NCBI RefSeq assembly: GCF_009914755.1
Contig: NC_060928.1
Length of the DNA stretch: 64,000 nt
DNA from: the human T2T-CHM13v2.0 reference genome, Homo sapiens
Direction: 5' to 3' (one strand)
Under the pieces are notes generated by a model. The model was not told the origin of the DNA. It made no database searches and was given only the letters and a program-made list of their open reading frames with translations. This document shows positions 14,110 through 28,698 of this stretch, piece after piece. The translations under genes were made by a program, and so were the position numbers. Position 1 is the first letter of the stretch; every line of letters starts with the position of its first letter.

Positions 14110-14567
14110 AGCAGTTCTCAAATTAGTTGCTGAAAAGTTCTACAAATCCAGCAAATGCTGTCAGAAGTCTTCAATATCCTCCCTTTTCAACTTTATATAC
14201 TTAAATCCAAATAACATGTTACAATAAATTGAATGTGCAACTAGGAGAGATAAATTAGTTATCTTTCTATTAAGGTGAACATTGAAGAGATTTTCAAAGA
14301 TATAATGCACCACAATATTTCTCATTAATTTTTTAGAAATTTAATAATTGTATTTATTTTAAAAATAAATATACACCTTAAGGTTAATATGATTTGTATT
14401 ATTACTATTGAATGAATTAATAAATGAATATTCTAAACATTCTAAGTGTTAAAATCTATTACAGTAAATCTTGATAGATATAGTCAATATAAACAAAAAA
14501 TCTTTAAAGCACCTCAATTTTTAAAGGAGTAAGGATCTTGAGATTTAAAAAAACAACTTTAGAACTG
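14110..14567. mobile_element. Charlie1-family hAT DNA transposon remnant
   Basis: ctattaaggtgaacattgaagagatttt...aatgaattaataaat...cagtaaatcttgatagatata...gtaaggatcttgaga resembles the Charlie1 terminal region. Confidence 0.65.
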
Positions 14568-14864
14568 ATATTCCTGAAGTTTTTATTTTTCATATTGTAT
14601 TTCTTCACCTTAACATAAATATAAAAGAAAACAAGTGTCATAATTAAAATGTATATTTCCCTAAACCCAGTTACCTCAAAATTATCAAAATATTTCTCTA
14701 AAACACAGTTTTCTAAAAATTGAGGCATTTATCCTTCACAAGCATAATTAACTCAATTAGAGTCAGCACATTGATCAAGCAGCAAAATTGTTATAATTAA
14801 GAAATGTAAGTGTCTAAATTGAAAAAAAAAAACACTCTAAAACATTTCTAGCATCTGCTTTTGA

Positions 14865-17800
14865 GGGACATCAGGAATTGGCAGAATTGGAGGCTCTAGC
14901 CTTCATGCTCCCAGTATTGGCAACCATCCACAGACATGAATATCTTTATGGAAGCCACAGGGTCTAGTTGAGAGGTTCCAGCACCTCCGTGGGACCAAAA
15001 ATTCAAGAATGGATTCACTGGAGAAGTTAAGAAAACTAGTTTCACTTAACCGTTGTCACCTCTATCCTAAGATAGCACAGCTCAGTGCTGAGAGAGGTTC
15101 CCTCAGCCCACAATTTCTCCCACATTAAAAAGGAATCAAAGTGAACACCTGGCTTCCCAGCCTTGTTGGATGCTTCTTGGGATGCCCACTTCTCAATGTT
15201 TCAGGTAGGTCTTGTGGGACGCAAAACGCTAAGAGGAACAGCATGGCTGAATCATCTGGGGACAACTAAGAGCAGTGAGAAGGGGAAAGAATGCACAGCA
15301 ACTGCCACACAGTTCTCAATCTGTGCCAATCCTACCAACGGGCTTGTGGAGTCCATCAAGAGGTCCATCTGTGAACCCCACAGGATGCCCTGCCTGAAGA
15401 TCCCTTGGCCACAGCCAGATGATCTGCCCCGAACCTCTAGTGGGTTGCACCATGGGCATCCCATGTGTGAACCATGTGAGCTTCTGAAGACAACACGTAG
15501 ATTTCAACAGCAGGTGTATATTGTTGCAACCAGCTCAACTTTGCTGGTTTGGAAGAAGGCTCACAACCTTGAAAACTTCAGAGCACTGCCATAACGAAAA
15601 TAAACAAGAAGTTATCAGCACTAGTCTTGGCTTTGTGAGGCTGAATGAAGGCACACAATCCTGACTTTGCCCCTAAAAGAGGTCAAAGAAAAGTGGGGTG
15701 GGTGCATCAATAGTAAATGTATGAGAGACCCAAGAATGTCTAGCTGGGCTCACCGGTGAAGGTCATTCTCTCATTAAGCCAGTTAGTGAAGACAGAAATA
15801 TAAGATGCCTGGATGACTGATGTTTCAAATGTAAAGACAGTAATGTAACAATTTGTGGAACACAAAGAATCAATGAGATATGACACTACTGAAGGAACAA
15901 AATAAAACTATAAAACTCCAAAGAAATGAGATATATTAATTGACAAATAATTCAAAATAATAATCTTAAACTCAGTGAACCAGGAAAGAACTCAGACTAT
16001 TAAATATATTCAGGAAAACACATACTGAATGGGAAAATTCACAAAATGAGAAATTCATCAAAGAGATATAAATCATTAAAAGAACCAAACAGAAATTCTA
16101 GGTTTGAAAAATACAATGTCTGACCTGAAACATGAAAAAGATCTTCAAAACAGACTCAAGGAAGCTGAAGAAAAAAATCAAACTTTAATACAGATCTTTT
16201 GAAATGATTTAGTTAGAAGAAAGCAAAGGAAAAAAGACAGATAAAAAAGAAAGCCTACTGGGATTATGGAGCAAAATAAAGTGAACCAATATACATATTA
16301 TATGAGTCTTGGTAGGAGAAGAGAAAAAGATGTGGAAAGCTTATCTAAATAAATAATGACCAAAATCTGAAATCTAGAGAGGGAAATGAACATTTAGATA
16401 TATAGCCTAAGGAAGTCCAGATAGATTGAGCATAAAGAGGTCTTCACCAAGACACATAAGCAATATGTCTAAGTCAAACACAAAGATAGTTTTTAAAACA
16501 TCAAGAGAAAAGTGAATCATCATATGCAAGAAAACCTTCACTATCAGTAGGTTTCCCAGTAGAAACCATGCATGCCAGGAGTCAGTGGGATGACAAATTC
16601 AATCAGCTGAAAGGAGAAAAAAAAAGACAAAACAGCAACCAAGAATACTATACCTGGCAAAGTTGTCTTTAAAAAATGAAGATGAGATTAAAAAAACTTT
16701 CCAAAATAAATGAAAGCTGGGGAAGTTCATTACCACTACACCTGCTTTACAAAAAAAATGCTAAATGGAGTTCTTTAAGTTGAAATAAAAGAATGCCCAT
16801 TAGCAATATGAAAATGTAAAGTATAAAACTCACGGGTAAAGGTAAGTATATAGTCAAATTCAGAATGCTCTAATTGTGCAATGGTGGTACATACTTTCAA
16901 TTCTAGTATATAAATTATAAGACAAAAGTATAAAAAATATGACAACAATAAATTGTTAATGGATACACAACACAAAAAGATGTCAACTGTGATACTGATA
17001 ATGAATAATGAGGTAGAAAAACATGTAAGTGTGAAGTTTTGTATCGAATTAAGTTACCAGCTTAAAATGGTATTATAAGATTTTAGTGTAAGGTGCATGG
17101 TAATTATAAATAAAAAATCTTTGGCAGATACACAAAAGATGAAGAAAAATTAAAGCATACCACAACCAAAAAAATTATCAAATCACAAAGGAAGCTAGCA
17201 AGAGGGGAAGAAAAGAACAAAATAACTACAAAAGCATGAGAAACAATTAATAAAATGGCAATAGTAACTCTACTATCAATAACTTTATTATAAATAGACT
17301 ACATTGTCTAATAAAAATATATAGAATAACTGAATAGATTAAATATAAGATCCATATGCTACATATGTGACTCACTTTAGATTTAAGAATATACATAGGC
17401 TGAAAGTGATGGGGTGCAAAAAGATACTCCATTGAAATGGTATCCAAAAGCAAACATGAGTAGTTATACTTTTCTGACAAAAAAATTTAAATCAAAAGCT
17501 GTTACAAGAGACAAAGTCATTATGTTATGACAGAAATATCAATTTATCAAGAGGATATAACAATTGTAAATATATGTGCACCCAACCATAGAGCACCTAA
17601 TTATAAAAAGAAAATAGTGACAGAACTGAAGGGAGAAATCAAGAGCAGTACAATGATAGTAGAGGATGACAATAACTTACAATACCTTACTTTCAGCAAT
17701 ATATTATTCAGACAGAAATTCAATCAGGAAATAGTGAACTTGAACAACAATATAGACCAAATGTACCTACTAGACAAATTTGAAATATTCTATTTAACAT

Positions 17801-20800
17801 CAGTAGAGTATACATTGTTTTCAAGTGTACATGAAAATTCTCCAGAACAGATCATATGTTAGGCCAGAAAACAAGTCTTAACACATTTAAGTATCTTGAA
17901 ATCATAAAAAGTTATTTTTTAACTACCAAGGTATGAAACTGGAAATCAATAACAGGAGGAAACAGGAAAATTTACAATTATTTGGTAATCAAGCAATTCA
18001 CTCTTAAACAATTGGTCAAAGAAAAATAAAAATATAAATTAAAAATATATTGGAACAAACTAAATAGAAAATACAATATATTAAAATTTATGAGATGCAG
18101 CAAGAGCAGTTCTAGGAGGGAAATTTATAAATACCTACATTAAGACAAAAAAGATCTTAAATTTACTCTTCAAAGAACTAAAAAAAAAGAATATCAGATG
18201 GAAGAAAATAGTAAACGTTAGAGCAGAAATCAATCAAATAGACACTAGAAACAAAATGGAAATAAATAAACTGAGTTGTTTTTTTAAAAAAGATAAAATT
18301 GACAAAATTTTAGTTAGATAAACTTAGAAAAAGAGAAGACTCAAATAAAATTATAAATGAAATAAGAGACATTACAACTGATACTTCACCAACTCAAAGG
18401 ATCATAAGAGAAAAATTTTATGCCAATAAATTGGATAACCTAAAAGAAATGAGTAAGTTGCTATAGACATACCACCTATCAAGACTGAACCATGAAGTAA
18501 TACTAAATCTAAACAGATTATTAATGAGTGATGAGATTGACTCAGTAATCAAAAATATTCCAGTAACAACAGCAATAACAACAACAAACTAAGATATGAT
18601 GTCTTCACAGCTGAATTTTACCAAACATTTAAAGAAGAACTAATACCAATTCTTCTCAAACTCTTCCAAAAATTTTAAGCAGGAGGAATGTTTTCAAGCT
18701 TATTCTATAGGTCAGCATTACCTTAATACCAAAGCCAAACAAGGACATTACAAAATAAATAAATAAATGAAAAATTACAGGCCATTATCCTTGATGAACA
18801 TAGATTTTAAAAATCCTCAAAAAATACTAAAAATCAAATATAATAGAACACTAAAAAGGTCACACACCATGATCAAATAAAATTTATCTCTGAGATGCAA
18901 GAATGGTTCAACATATGCAAATCAATGAATTCGACATACCACATTAACAGAATGAAGGATAAAATCATTTGATTGTCTCAATAGATACAGAAAAAGCATC
19001 TGACAGAATTTGAAACTGTTTAATGATTAAAAACTCTCAATAAATAATGTACTGAAAGAATGTACATCAGCATGTTGTTGTAAAGGTCTTATATGATAAG
19101 CCCACAGCTAACATCATACTCAATGATGAAAGGCTGAGAACTTTTTATCTAATATTAGGAACGAGACAAGGATGACCACTCTCACTACCTCTACTCAACA
19201 TAGTATTAAAAGTCCTAACTAGAGCAAGTAGGAAAGAAACTGAAATAAAGATATATAGGTCATAAAGGAAAAATTAAAATTGTCCTTGTTAGAAGATGAT
19301 GTAATCTTATGCATTTAGAATAAGATGCCACCAAAAATCTATTAGAATAGATATTAAAAAATTCAGTAAAGAAATAAGTCAATAAAATTGTGGTATACAA
19401 AAGCAATATGAAAAAATTAGTTACATTTCTACACACTTAAAGGACCTTTTTGAAAAAGAAAAAAGCAATTTCATTTAAAATAACACCTAAAAGGATAAAA
19501 TACAGTAGCACCTAAAAGAAGAAAATAAAATGAATTTAAACAAGGAGGTGAAAGATCTATACATCTATACATTGATGAAACTAATTGAAGTAACTTTCTA
19601 AATAAATAGAAAAATACCCAGATATTAATAGGTTAAAAAACTAATATTGTTAGCATGTTCACACTAGTCAAAGGGAACTACAGATGCAATATAATCCCTA
19701 TAAAATTCTAATGACATTATTTTACAGAAATAGAAAAAATAAAATAAAATTCATGTGGAACCACGTAAGACTCTGTCTGAATTTTCAAAGCAATCTTCAG
19801 AAGGAGCAAAACTAGATGAATTACACAAACTGACTTCAAAATATATTACAAAGCTATGCTAATTCAAACAGTATTGTACTGGCATTAAAATAGGAACTTA
19901 GAGCAATGAAACAGAAGAGGGAACCCACACACTATCTAGTGAACTCTGTCTATCCTCAACAAGAGTGCCAAGAATTCACAATGGGGAAAGGATTGCCTGT
20001 TCAATAAGCGGTGTTGAATAAACTAGATATCAACATGCAAAAGAAGGAAATCGGATCCTTATTTTACACAATACACAAAAATCAATGCAAAATGGATTGA
20101 AGATTCAAATGTCAACCTAAAACCTTAAAACTCATAGAAAAATATATAAAGGGAAAAGCTCCTTGGTATTGGCCTTGCAATTTTTTTTAATATGACACCA
20201 AAAGCACAGGCAACAAAAGCAAAAATAAACAAGTCGGACTTATATCACACTAGAAAGCTTTTGCACAGCAAAGAAAACAACAGATTGAAGAGAAAACCTA
20301 TTGAATGAGAGAATACATTGTGGATATTAATACTGGTAAGGGATTACTATGCAAAATATACAAGGAAGTCATGCAACCAAATAGCAAATAACCCAATTTA
20401 AAAATGAACAAAAACAGAATAGTCAGTAAATTTTTTTCAAAAAAGACATACAAATGGCCAGCAAGTACATAAAAAGATGCTTAACAACTGTGCATTAGAG
20501 AATGGAAAATCAAACCCACGATAAGATATTGCCTTATACCAGTTAGGTGGTTATTATCAAAAAACACAACAGATGAGTGTCAGTGCGGGTTAAAGAAAAG
20601 GAAACCCTTGTACACCATTGGTGGGAATGTAAAATGGTATGGTCATTATGGAAAACAGTATAGAGGATCCTCAAAAAATCAAAAAATAGAACTATGATAT
20701 AACTCAGCAATCTCATGTCTGATTATCCAAAGGATAATCAGGAGCTCAAGGAGATATCTGCACTCCCATTGCAACAATCTTCAATAGACAACATACGGAA

Positions 20801-20844
20801 ACAATTTAACTGTCCATCAATGAATGAATGGGTAAGAAAACATG

Positions 20845-20880
<36 letters not shown>

Positions 20881-21437
20881 ATGGAATATTAGCCTTAAAA
20901 CGGAAAGAAGTTCTGCCATTTGCAACAACATGGATGGACCTGAAGGACATAATATTAAATGAAATAATCCAGACACAGAAAGACAAATACTTACATGTGG
21001 AAACTAAAATAGTCAACTCACGGAAGCAGAGAGTAAATTGTGGTTGCTGGGGGCTGACAGAGAAGGAATTGGGAGGTGATGGTTAAACGTTTTAGTCAGG
21101 CAAGAGAAATAAGTTCTGAGGATCTTCTATAAAGATCTTCTATAAAGCATAGTGCCAGAAGTAACAATACTGTATTGCATACTCAAAATTTGCTAAGAGG
21201 ATAGATCTTATGTTAAGCGTTTTAACAACAACAAAACCCTAATAATAATAATAATGATAATAATAATAAAATAGGTGAGAGAATATTGTGGAAGGAGATG
21301 GACATGTTTATGGCCTTGATAGCGGTGATGGTTTCACACATGTAAACTTAACCCAGACTCATTAACATGTAGCTATGAAATATACACACCTTTTTTATAT
21401 GTCAATCATATCTCAAATGGCAAATAAATAAATTTTT
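14865..21437 (+). mobile_element. Near-full-length ancient L1 (L1MA10/L1MB1-like), ORF1 and ORF2 disrupted
   Basis: GC-richer 5'UTR, then ORF1-like sequence at about 15.9-16.8 kb. Endonuclease peptide ISIYQEDITIVNICAPN lies in ORF 17527-17862, and the C-terminal peptide PFATTWMDLKDIILNEI follows. The 3'UTR contains ggagatggacatgtttatggccttgatagcggtgatggtttcac. Confidence 0.93.
20848..20878. repeat. (CA)n microsatellite
   Basis: About 15 perfect CA units inside the L1. Confidence 0.95.
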
Positions 21438-21802
21438 CAATCTACAAACCTGGAATAAAATTTTGGCTACTAATTCTCTCACAATTATTCAACAAATCAC
21501 ATTCATTAATATCAACACACAACCCAAATTAAAACAGTTTATTATCTTCACTACTACCACCAGTTTATGCTATCATTTTTTTTCACGAAGCCTACTAAGA
21601 CAGCCTCATTTCTCTTCTCCTTTCCCCTGCTAACACCTCACCTCACATTACATTCTCTCCCAATACAAAAGAGTAACTTTTCTAAAACAGAAATGAAATT
21701 ATTCCTTGGTTTATTCAAAACCATAATAATTTCTCATTATGTACAGAATTTAAAAAATAATTCATCTCATGATATGTAAGATCTTAATGAATCGGCTCCT
21801 CC

Positions 21803-22275
21803 TTTGGTAGATTGGTTGCCCAAATATTTTCAGCACTTTAGCTCTTCCTTTGCAATAGATTTTGCAAATCTTCCCAATAATAAAATATGGAGTCTGTTTC
21901 TTTACCCCATAAAAACTGGGTTGAACTTATGACCTGCTTCCCTCAATATAAGGCAGGCAGCAGAATGGACTCTCAGTTTCACACCTAGAATACGAGAAGT
22001 CTTGCATGTTTTGCTGTCTTTTGGACCCTTACCTCTGTTACAAGTACAGACCTGAGCTATGTACTGCAGGATGAGAAACCACATGGCATAGAAGAGCCAT
22101 CCCATTGGAGGCCATCCTAAACTGTCCCCTAGCTGAGTTACCACCACGTGACAGTAGATGTGTAATCAAGCCCAGCAGAGATGGATTGAATTAGGCCCAA
22201 AGACCCACATAAAATAATAAATGGTGGTTTTTTAGGCAACTAAAATTTTAGAGTAACTTGTACAAGGTATCAGGC
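21803..22275 (+). mobile_element. Old MLT1 (F/G/H-like) LTR
   Basis: tggagtctgtttc...ctgcaggatgagaaaccacatgg...caagcccagcagagat...aataaatggtggttttttagg. Confidence 0.65.
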
Positions 22276-22838
22276 ATGAAACAATACCTGATATCTGTGT
22301 ATTTTGCCATGAACATTTCCATCAATCCCAATTTATGTCCTCTTATTTAGTCTTAGTGGCCTTCCTTGAAGTCATGCTTATGCTTATTTCAGGAATTTGT
22401 ACCTGTTCTTTCCTCTGTCTGCAGTACACTTACATGAGATTTTTCCATGGACTTTTCTCACTTTATTCTGCATTCTGTTCATACATAACCATCCCCCTTC
22501 CCTAGGAATGCCTTCATAATCATTATACTTTCCCCTCAGCATGCTGTTTTATTCTATAGCCATTATGTCTACCCAATATACATGGTATAATTATTTTTTT
22601 CATTTTCTTCACATATCCTTAGTAAATATATCAAAGAAACTGCACATAAAGAAATGATATATTTAGATATTTAACAGCTATATATTGAATATACAGTATC
22701 ATTTTCTTGAAAAAAAACTCATGTTCTTCTGAAATATTTCTATATAAAATTAGCTCAAATAAGAACTACGGAGAAAATTTAGCTGGCACCAAAGACTGCT
22801 ATGACAGATTGCATAAATGTATTGTTATCTTCTGTCTT

Positions 22839-23156
22839 TTTATTTTTATTTTTTTTTTATTTATTATTTCTTTTTAAAGACAGAGTCTCACTTTGTTGTC
22901 CAGGCAGCAGTGCAGTGGCATGATCTCGGGTCACTGCAACTTCAACCTCCCAGGTTCAAGCGATTCTCCTGCCTCGCCTCCTAAGTAGCTGGGATTACGG
23001 GCAGGTGCCACCACACCTGGCTAATTTTTGTATTTTTAGTAGAGACAGGGTTTCTCCATGTTGGCTAGGCTGGCCTTGAACTCCTGACCTCAGGGGATTT
23101 GCCTGCCTCAGCCTCCCAAAGTGCTGGGATTACAGGTGTAAGCCACTGTGCCCGGC
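22839..23156 (-). mobile_element. Alu (AluS-type)
   Basis: Full antisense Alu. TSD tgttatcttctgtctt (22823-22838) / tgttatcctctgtctt (23157-23172). Confidence 0.96.
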
Positions 23157-23166
23157 TGTTATCCTC

Positions 23167-23585
23167 TGTCTTAGCTCACTTCCTGTTGCTTACAACAGAA
23201 TACCTGAAACCAAGTAACTTATAAGGATAGAAAATTTATTTTTTTCTCTTCTGGAGGCTGGGAAGTTCAAAGTCAAGGGGCTGAATCTGATGAGTGTTTT
23301 CTTGCTGGTGGGCACTCTTTCCAGAATCCTGAGGTGGTGCAGAGCATCACATGAGGGGGCTGAGTGTGCTCATGTATCAATGTGCTCTCTTCCTTTTCTT
23401 ATAAAGCCACCAGTTTCCGCCCCATGACAGTCCATTAATCCACTAACTGATTAATCCATAAATGGGTTAATCTATTCACAAGGGCAGAAGCCTCATCATC
23501 CAATTATCTCTTAGCGGACCTACCTCTCCATACTGCCACATTGGAAATTGTTTAAACATGAATTTTAGAGGGGACATTTCACTGT
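23167..23585 (-). mobile_element. MST-family (MSTB/C/D-like) MaLR LTR
   Basis: tgtcttag...tgttgcttacaacagaatacctgaaac...cttataaagccaccag...aaacatgaattttagaggggacatt. Confidence 0.85.
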
Positions 23586-24785
23586 TTTAAAGGAATAATG
23601 CAAAGACCCTTCAAATTTGTTGATGTCAGTGTTTATGAATAATGAGAGGAAAAATCACATTTCAGAAAATAATTTGAACGAGTACATAACAAAATTTTAT
23701 GGTTATTTTAAAACATACTGTTTTAATGCAACTTACAACTTAAAACTACTGATGCCACGTAGGTAACTTCTCCATTATTAATAAAAATGATGAACAACAT
23801 GCCATAGTTATTCAATCAACAATTCCCAGAGATCACCTTGAATGTAAGGTCTGAAATAGACCTGGGATTGCCTTACTTGGATATTAAGCTTTATGGAGCA
23901 GCAACTCTTCATTTGCTTCTACTTTATATGAAAAGGACAGTGCTACAGACATAGAGCAGTACATTTTCAGCAAGCCACCCCAGGAATGTGCACCGATAGC
24001 CTCATTAAGGCTTGTAGAAGCTGTGCTACATTATTTCTCAACACATCACTCAATGTCTCCACATTATTTAATTCTTTCAATGCCATGTTTATGACATGAC
24101 TCAGGATATAGAGTATGGGCACTACTAAAAAGAAATGTGGAGTTTGTGTCTTAGCAACGTTTAATTCTAGGGTTTTTTTTTTTCCTTTTGAAAGTATACA
24201 GATGCATCAGAAAGATTAGCATAAGTTTTGCCCCATATTAAAGATTAAGGAGACAGGAATATAGTTGTTTTCATTTCACTGTGAAGAAAAAGAAGGAAAT
24301 AATTTTAAAGCAAACACATGGATTTAGTTACCTTCTGTTCTAAGCCCAATGCCAATACCAAATATAACAAGCAGTAAAGACGAATTTGGCAATTCCCACA
24401 GCCCTTTATACAGTGTACTCTTCTAGTGTTTGAAGCACCCAGCATGTTGCAATAATCACAACATATATGTTCAAAAAATCTTAACAGAATGAGCTTTGAT
24501 TCAAGTGTTTCACAGTAAAATATATAATGAAATATTCTTGGTAAAATAAATAAAAAATATTAAGTATTTAAATAATGTGGTGAACAGTTTTTTCATGTTA
24601 CTTTAATAATGCTAGAAGTATGGAAATTTTGGAAATCCAGTGTTTTATTACCATTAGCTTTTGATTTTTCTAGCTGATTTTTTTTAGCTATTATACTGTT
24701 TTTCAAATTAGATCAGAAACTTTTTCTGGTTTGTTCTCACTTCCTAAAAGCAAATATTACAATGAAATATTTAGCATCAATTTAA

Positions 24786-25295
24786 TGGTGGATTAAAGAT
24801 AGCTGCAGTTTCCTGGACACGCTTCCTTTTAAGATACAGATCTATTCTACCTTTGTTCCAACCAGAACTGACCTGTGACTGTTGGACAAATGTCACACAC
24901 TGTAGAAATAATACTATGGTCAGTTCTGCTACCCTTATTTAAGAGAACTGGGAGTTTCTGTCTTGCTCTCTAAGGGTGCCAAGCCACCATGTAAGACGTC
25001 TAATCATCCTGCTAAAGAATGCATCTGAATACCAGAAGACAGAGAGGAGCCCAGATGAATACAGCCTTTCAACTGCCCCTCACAGGGCAGGCATGTGGGA
25101 AACGTCCCGGGTCCTGCAGACCTGTCTTCAGCTAAATGCCCAGTGACTCAGTCAACATCACATGAAGCAGAAGATTCAGCCAACTGAACCCAATGGGAAT
25201 TTCTGACCCAGGAAATTATAAATACAATAAATGGTTGTTATTCTAATATATTAAACTTTCAGTGGTTTATTATGAAGTTTTGAGTAATAAGAACA
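24786..25295 (+). mobile_element. Old MLT1 (G/H-like) LTR
   Basis: tggtggattaaagatagctgc...gccaccatgtaagacgtc...gaatttctgacccagg...aataaatggttgtt. Confidence 0.7.
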
Positions 25296-25314
25296 ATATC
25301 CCTTTAGTCTACCC

Positions 25315-25532
25315 CAGGGTTTGGCAAACTCTTTCTGTAAATGGCATAAGAGTGAATATTGTAGACATTGCAGGCCATATTGTCTCGTTGCAACTACTCA
25401 ACTCAGCCATGGTAGCACAAAAGCAACCATAGCAACATGTGAATACTTGTGTGTGGCTTGCTTTAATAACACTTCATTTATAAAAACAGGTGATAAACAG
25501 ATTTGGCCCTTGCCATACTTAACCAACCTCTG
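25315..25532. mobile_element. MER58A-like hAT-Charlie MITE
   Basis: cagggtttggcaaact...gttgcaactactcaactc...ccaacctctg. 8-bp TSD gtctaccc / gtctacac. Confidence 0.9.
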
Positions 25533-27034
25533 GTCTACACAAAACTGTTGTCTAAACCTAAGTTCCGAATGCCTTCAATGAGAACACTAAATCCAAGTAA
25601 AATTAGATACTCAGGAAATTAACAACAATAGTAATTCCAATTTCAACATGAGGCAGTGAATTCACATAGAGTTATATAAGTTAGTGATAATTTTGTTTCT
25701 GTAAATAATTTTTACTGTTTTTTTAAATATTAGAGTTTAAGTGACATCATGGTGAGATGTACAGGGTATATTTGAATTGTTCTAAGCTGGGTACAAATAC
25801 CAGAAGCGCCATACCTATACTAGCTTTATTTTTAACTGTATATTACAGATGTTAACTGCAAAGGGTTAAAAGGCCTACACTAACAAGGGTAAGCCCCAGC
25901 CTAATTTTTCATGCTCAGTCCTCAAATTTCCAGTGTAATCGCGTTGACATTCTTAAACTTCCAATTCCTTTGTTAAGTTTAGAGCCCCAGAATGCACTTT
26001 CGCCAGACTTGCTTCTGCTTCTGAAAACTGATCGCTGAAATTTTGCCTTAAACCACGCATCATTGTCCTGTTTCTTTGTTTTTCGATTTTTTTCTCTTGA
26101 TCGGCCTGAGTACTTGTAATGCATAAAACCTCTCCTAACTGCCAGAAGGCAGAATGTCTCATCTTCAGACTGAAACTCTTGCAAACAGGGAGAAAAGCCT
26201 TTCTTTTTCTTGCTCCACTCTGGTGGTTTCTACTTCAGGATCTTTTGACATAACTAATTTCTCAGTATTGTTTCCTCTTCTTTTAAATGCAAGTAAGAAC
26301 AGACAAATTTATAAGATATTTAGGATGGTTAGATTTTACAATTGATTTTAAGTACTTAACAGTTTGTGTGAATCCAATAGATTCCCATTCTCTTTACTGC
26401 TTTTACTCAGCTGTAATATATTGTTCTTACATAAATATTAAATATGGACTGAACTACAAGGAAATTCATCTGGATCAAATTGTTGGTTTTGATTTTGTGT
26501 ATTTGTGTTTACTACACACATTTTTTTAAAGTTTTCAATTTATTTATTTATAATATACACAGAAATACTATTTGGGGGATACAGCTCTATGAGTTTTGAG
26601 AAATTTATAGAGTTATGAAGCCACTACCAAAACCAAAGTATAAAGCAGTATCCTCACCCTAGAAATTCCAGCCTCCCCAACACTAGCTCCTGGCAACTTT
26701 TGACATACTTTTTATATCTACAACTTTAAAAATTCTTTTACAGAATATCATATAAAGTGGATCATGGCAAATATAGCCTTTAAAAAAATCTTTTTCTTAT
26801 TTTAATAGACAATAATTATATTATATGTGAATGGGGTACAATGAGATATCATTATATATGTATATATAGTGAAATGATTAAATCAAGCTAATTATTACAT
26901 ATATTATCTCATACTTATATATTTGTGGTGAGAACATTTAAAAATCTTCTTTTTAAGTGATTTTAAAATAGACTTTATTATTGATTATAGTCATCATGCT
27001 GTGAAATAGGTCACTAAAATTTTTATTTCTCTTG

Positions 27035-27332
27035 TTTTTTTTTTTTTTTTTTTTTTTTTGAGACACACTCTCGCTCTGTCACCCAGGCTGGAGTGCAGTG
27101 GTGCGACCTCGGCTCACTGCAGCCTCTGCCTTCTGGGTTGAAGTGATTCTCTTGCCTCAGCCTCCCAAGTACTACAGGCACGTGCCACCATGCCTGGCTA
27201 ATTTTTGTATTTTTAGTATAGACAGGGTTTCACCATATTGGCCAGGCTGGTCTCAAACCCCTGACCTCGTGATCCGCCAGCCTCGGCCTCCCAAAGTGCT
27301 GGGATTACAGGTGTGAGCCACCACACCCGACC
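27035..27332 (-). mobile_element. Alu (AluSg-like)
   Basis: Poly-T and an antisense Alu with a small deletion at cccaagt^actac. Imperfect TSD tatttctcttgttt / tattcttcttgttt. Confidence 0.95.
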
Positions 27333-27647
27333 TATTCTTCTTGTTTAATCAAAACTTTGCACCCTTGGACTAATATCTCCCCTTCCCTGTCCACTGTCCC
27401 ACCTCTGGGAACCACCATTCTACTCTGTATTTCCGTGAGTTGCTATATACAACCTTCTGAATTTTGCTGTTACTGTTTTCACTTAGCATAACATTTGAGA
27501 TCTGTCATGTTATTTCAGTGGTTCTTTCCTCTGTGGTACTGAATAATGCTCCATTGTATGAAAGTACCACACTTGATTCACCAGTTGAAGAAGACTCGGT
27601 TCCTAGTTATTACAAAATTACGCATAAAGCTTCTGTAATCAGCATTC

Positions 27648-28071
27648 CTGTGGTGGATTATGGTGGATTATGTCCTCCTCTCTCAATTCATATGCTGAAG
27701 CCTTCACCCCTAACGTGACTATGTTCAGAGTTGGAAGCTTTTAAGAGATAAGGCTGAACCAGGTTATATAGGTGGTTACAGGTTATTTGATTATTTTACT
27801 AGTGCTCTTGTAAGGAGAGGAAAAGACACTTGATCTCTCTCTGTCTCTCTCTCTCTCTCTTTCTGTCTCTCACATGCACTCTCTCAGCAAGAGGAGAGGC
27901 CATCTAGCCAGGAAGAGAGGACTCACTAAAAAAAATCAACCCTGACAGCACCTCGATATTGCACTTCTAGCCTCCAGAACTGTAAAAAAAAAAAATTAAT
28001 AATAAATATGCTGCTGTTTGAGCTATCCAGTCTGTGGTACTTTGTTATGGCAGCCTGAGAAGACGAATACA
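27648..28071 (+). mobile_element. MLT1A-like LTR
   Basis: aattcatatgctgaagcc...ctagcctccagaactgt...ccagtctgtggtactttgttatggcagcc...aataca. Confidence 0.85.
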
Positions 28072-28075
28072 ATTC

Positions 28076-28505
28076 TTTTCTCAGTTATTTTGTGTTGCTC
28101 TAAAGGAATAATGGAGGCTAGGTACTTTATTTATTTTTAAAAAGGTTTATTTGGCTTACAATTCTGACGGCTAAAAAGTTCAAGATTGGACTTCTGCATC
28201 TGGTGAGGGCCTCAGGCTGCTTCCACTCGAGGCTGCGGAAGGCGAAAGGGAGCGCGGTGGCGTGTGCAGATCTCATGGTGACAGAGGAAGCAAGACAGAG
28301 AGCGGGAAGTACCAGGTCCTTTAAAACAGCCAGCTCTCAGGAAACTAACAGAATGAGAGCTGATTCATCCCCAAGGAAGGGCAGTAAACTATTCAAGAGG
28401 AAGCCACCCCCACAACCCAAACACCTCCCATTAGTCCCCATTTTCAATAGTAGGGATCAAATTTCAATATGAGGTTTGGAGGAGACAAACATGCAAACCA
28501 TAGCA
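28076..28505 (-). mobile_element. MSTB-like LTR
   Basis: tgtgttgctctaaaggaata...gcatctggtgagggcctcaggctgcttccactc...caaaccatagca. Confidence 0.88.
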
Positions 28506-28698
28506 ATTGCTATGTAAATATTGTGTGAACATGGGTATTTTTCTCCTGTATAAATATCTGTGAGTGGGAATATTGAATGGTTTCTAATGTTTCATAAGCA
28601 ATTGCCAAACTATTTTCCAGTCTGTATCACTTTTTATTCCCATCAACAATATATAGACCTCTAGGTGCTCCACATCTTGGGGGTTACTTGTTATAGCA

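Noticed and set aside
15163-15594. 143-aa ORF
   Set aside because: It lies in the GC-richer 5'UTR of an ancient L1, has a TTG start and no recognisable homology.
21121-21146. 13-bp tandem duplication gatcttctataaa, with similar ones near 7910, 19485 and 55093
   Set aside because: Routine slippage duplications inside decayed L1s.
25915-26184. Minus-strand 89-aa and 69-aa ORFs as coding exons
   Set aside because: No recognisable protein and no convincing minus-strand splice sites. Kept only as a CpG anomaly.
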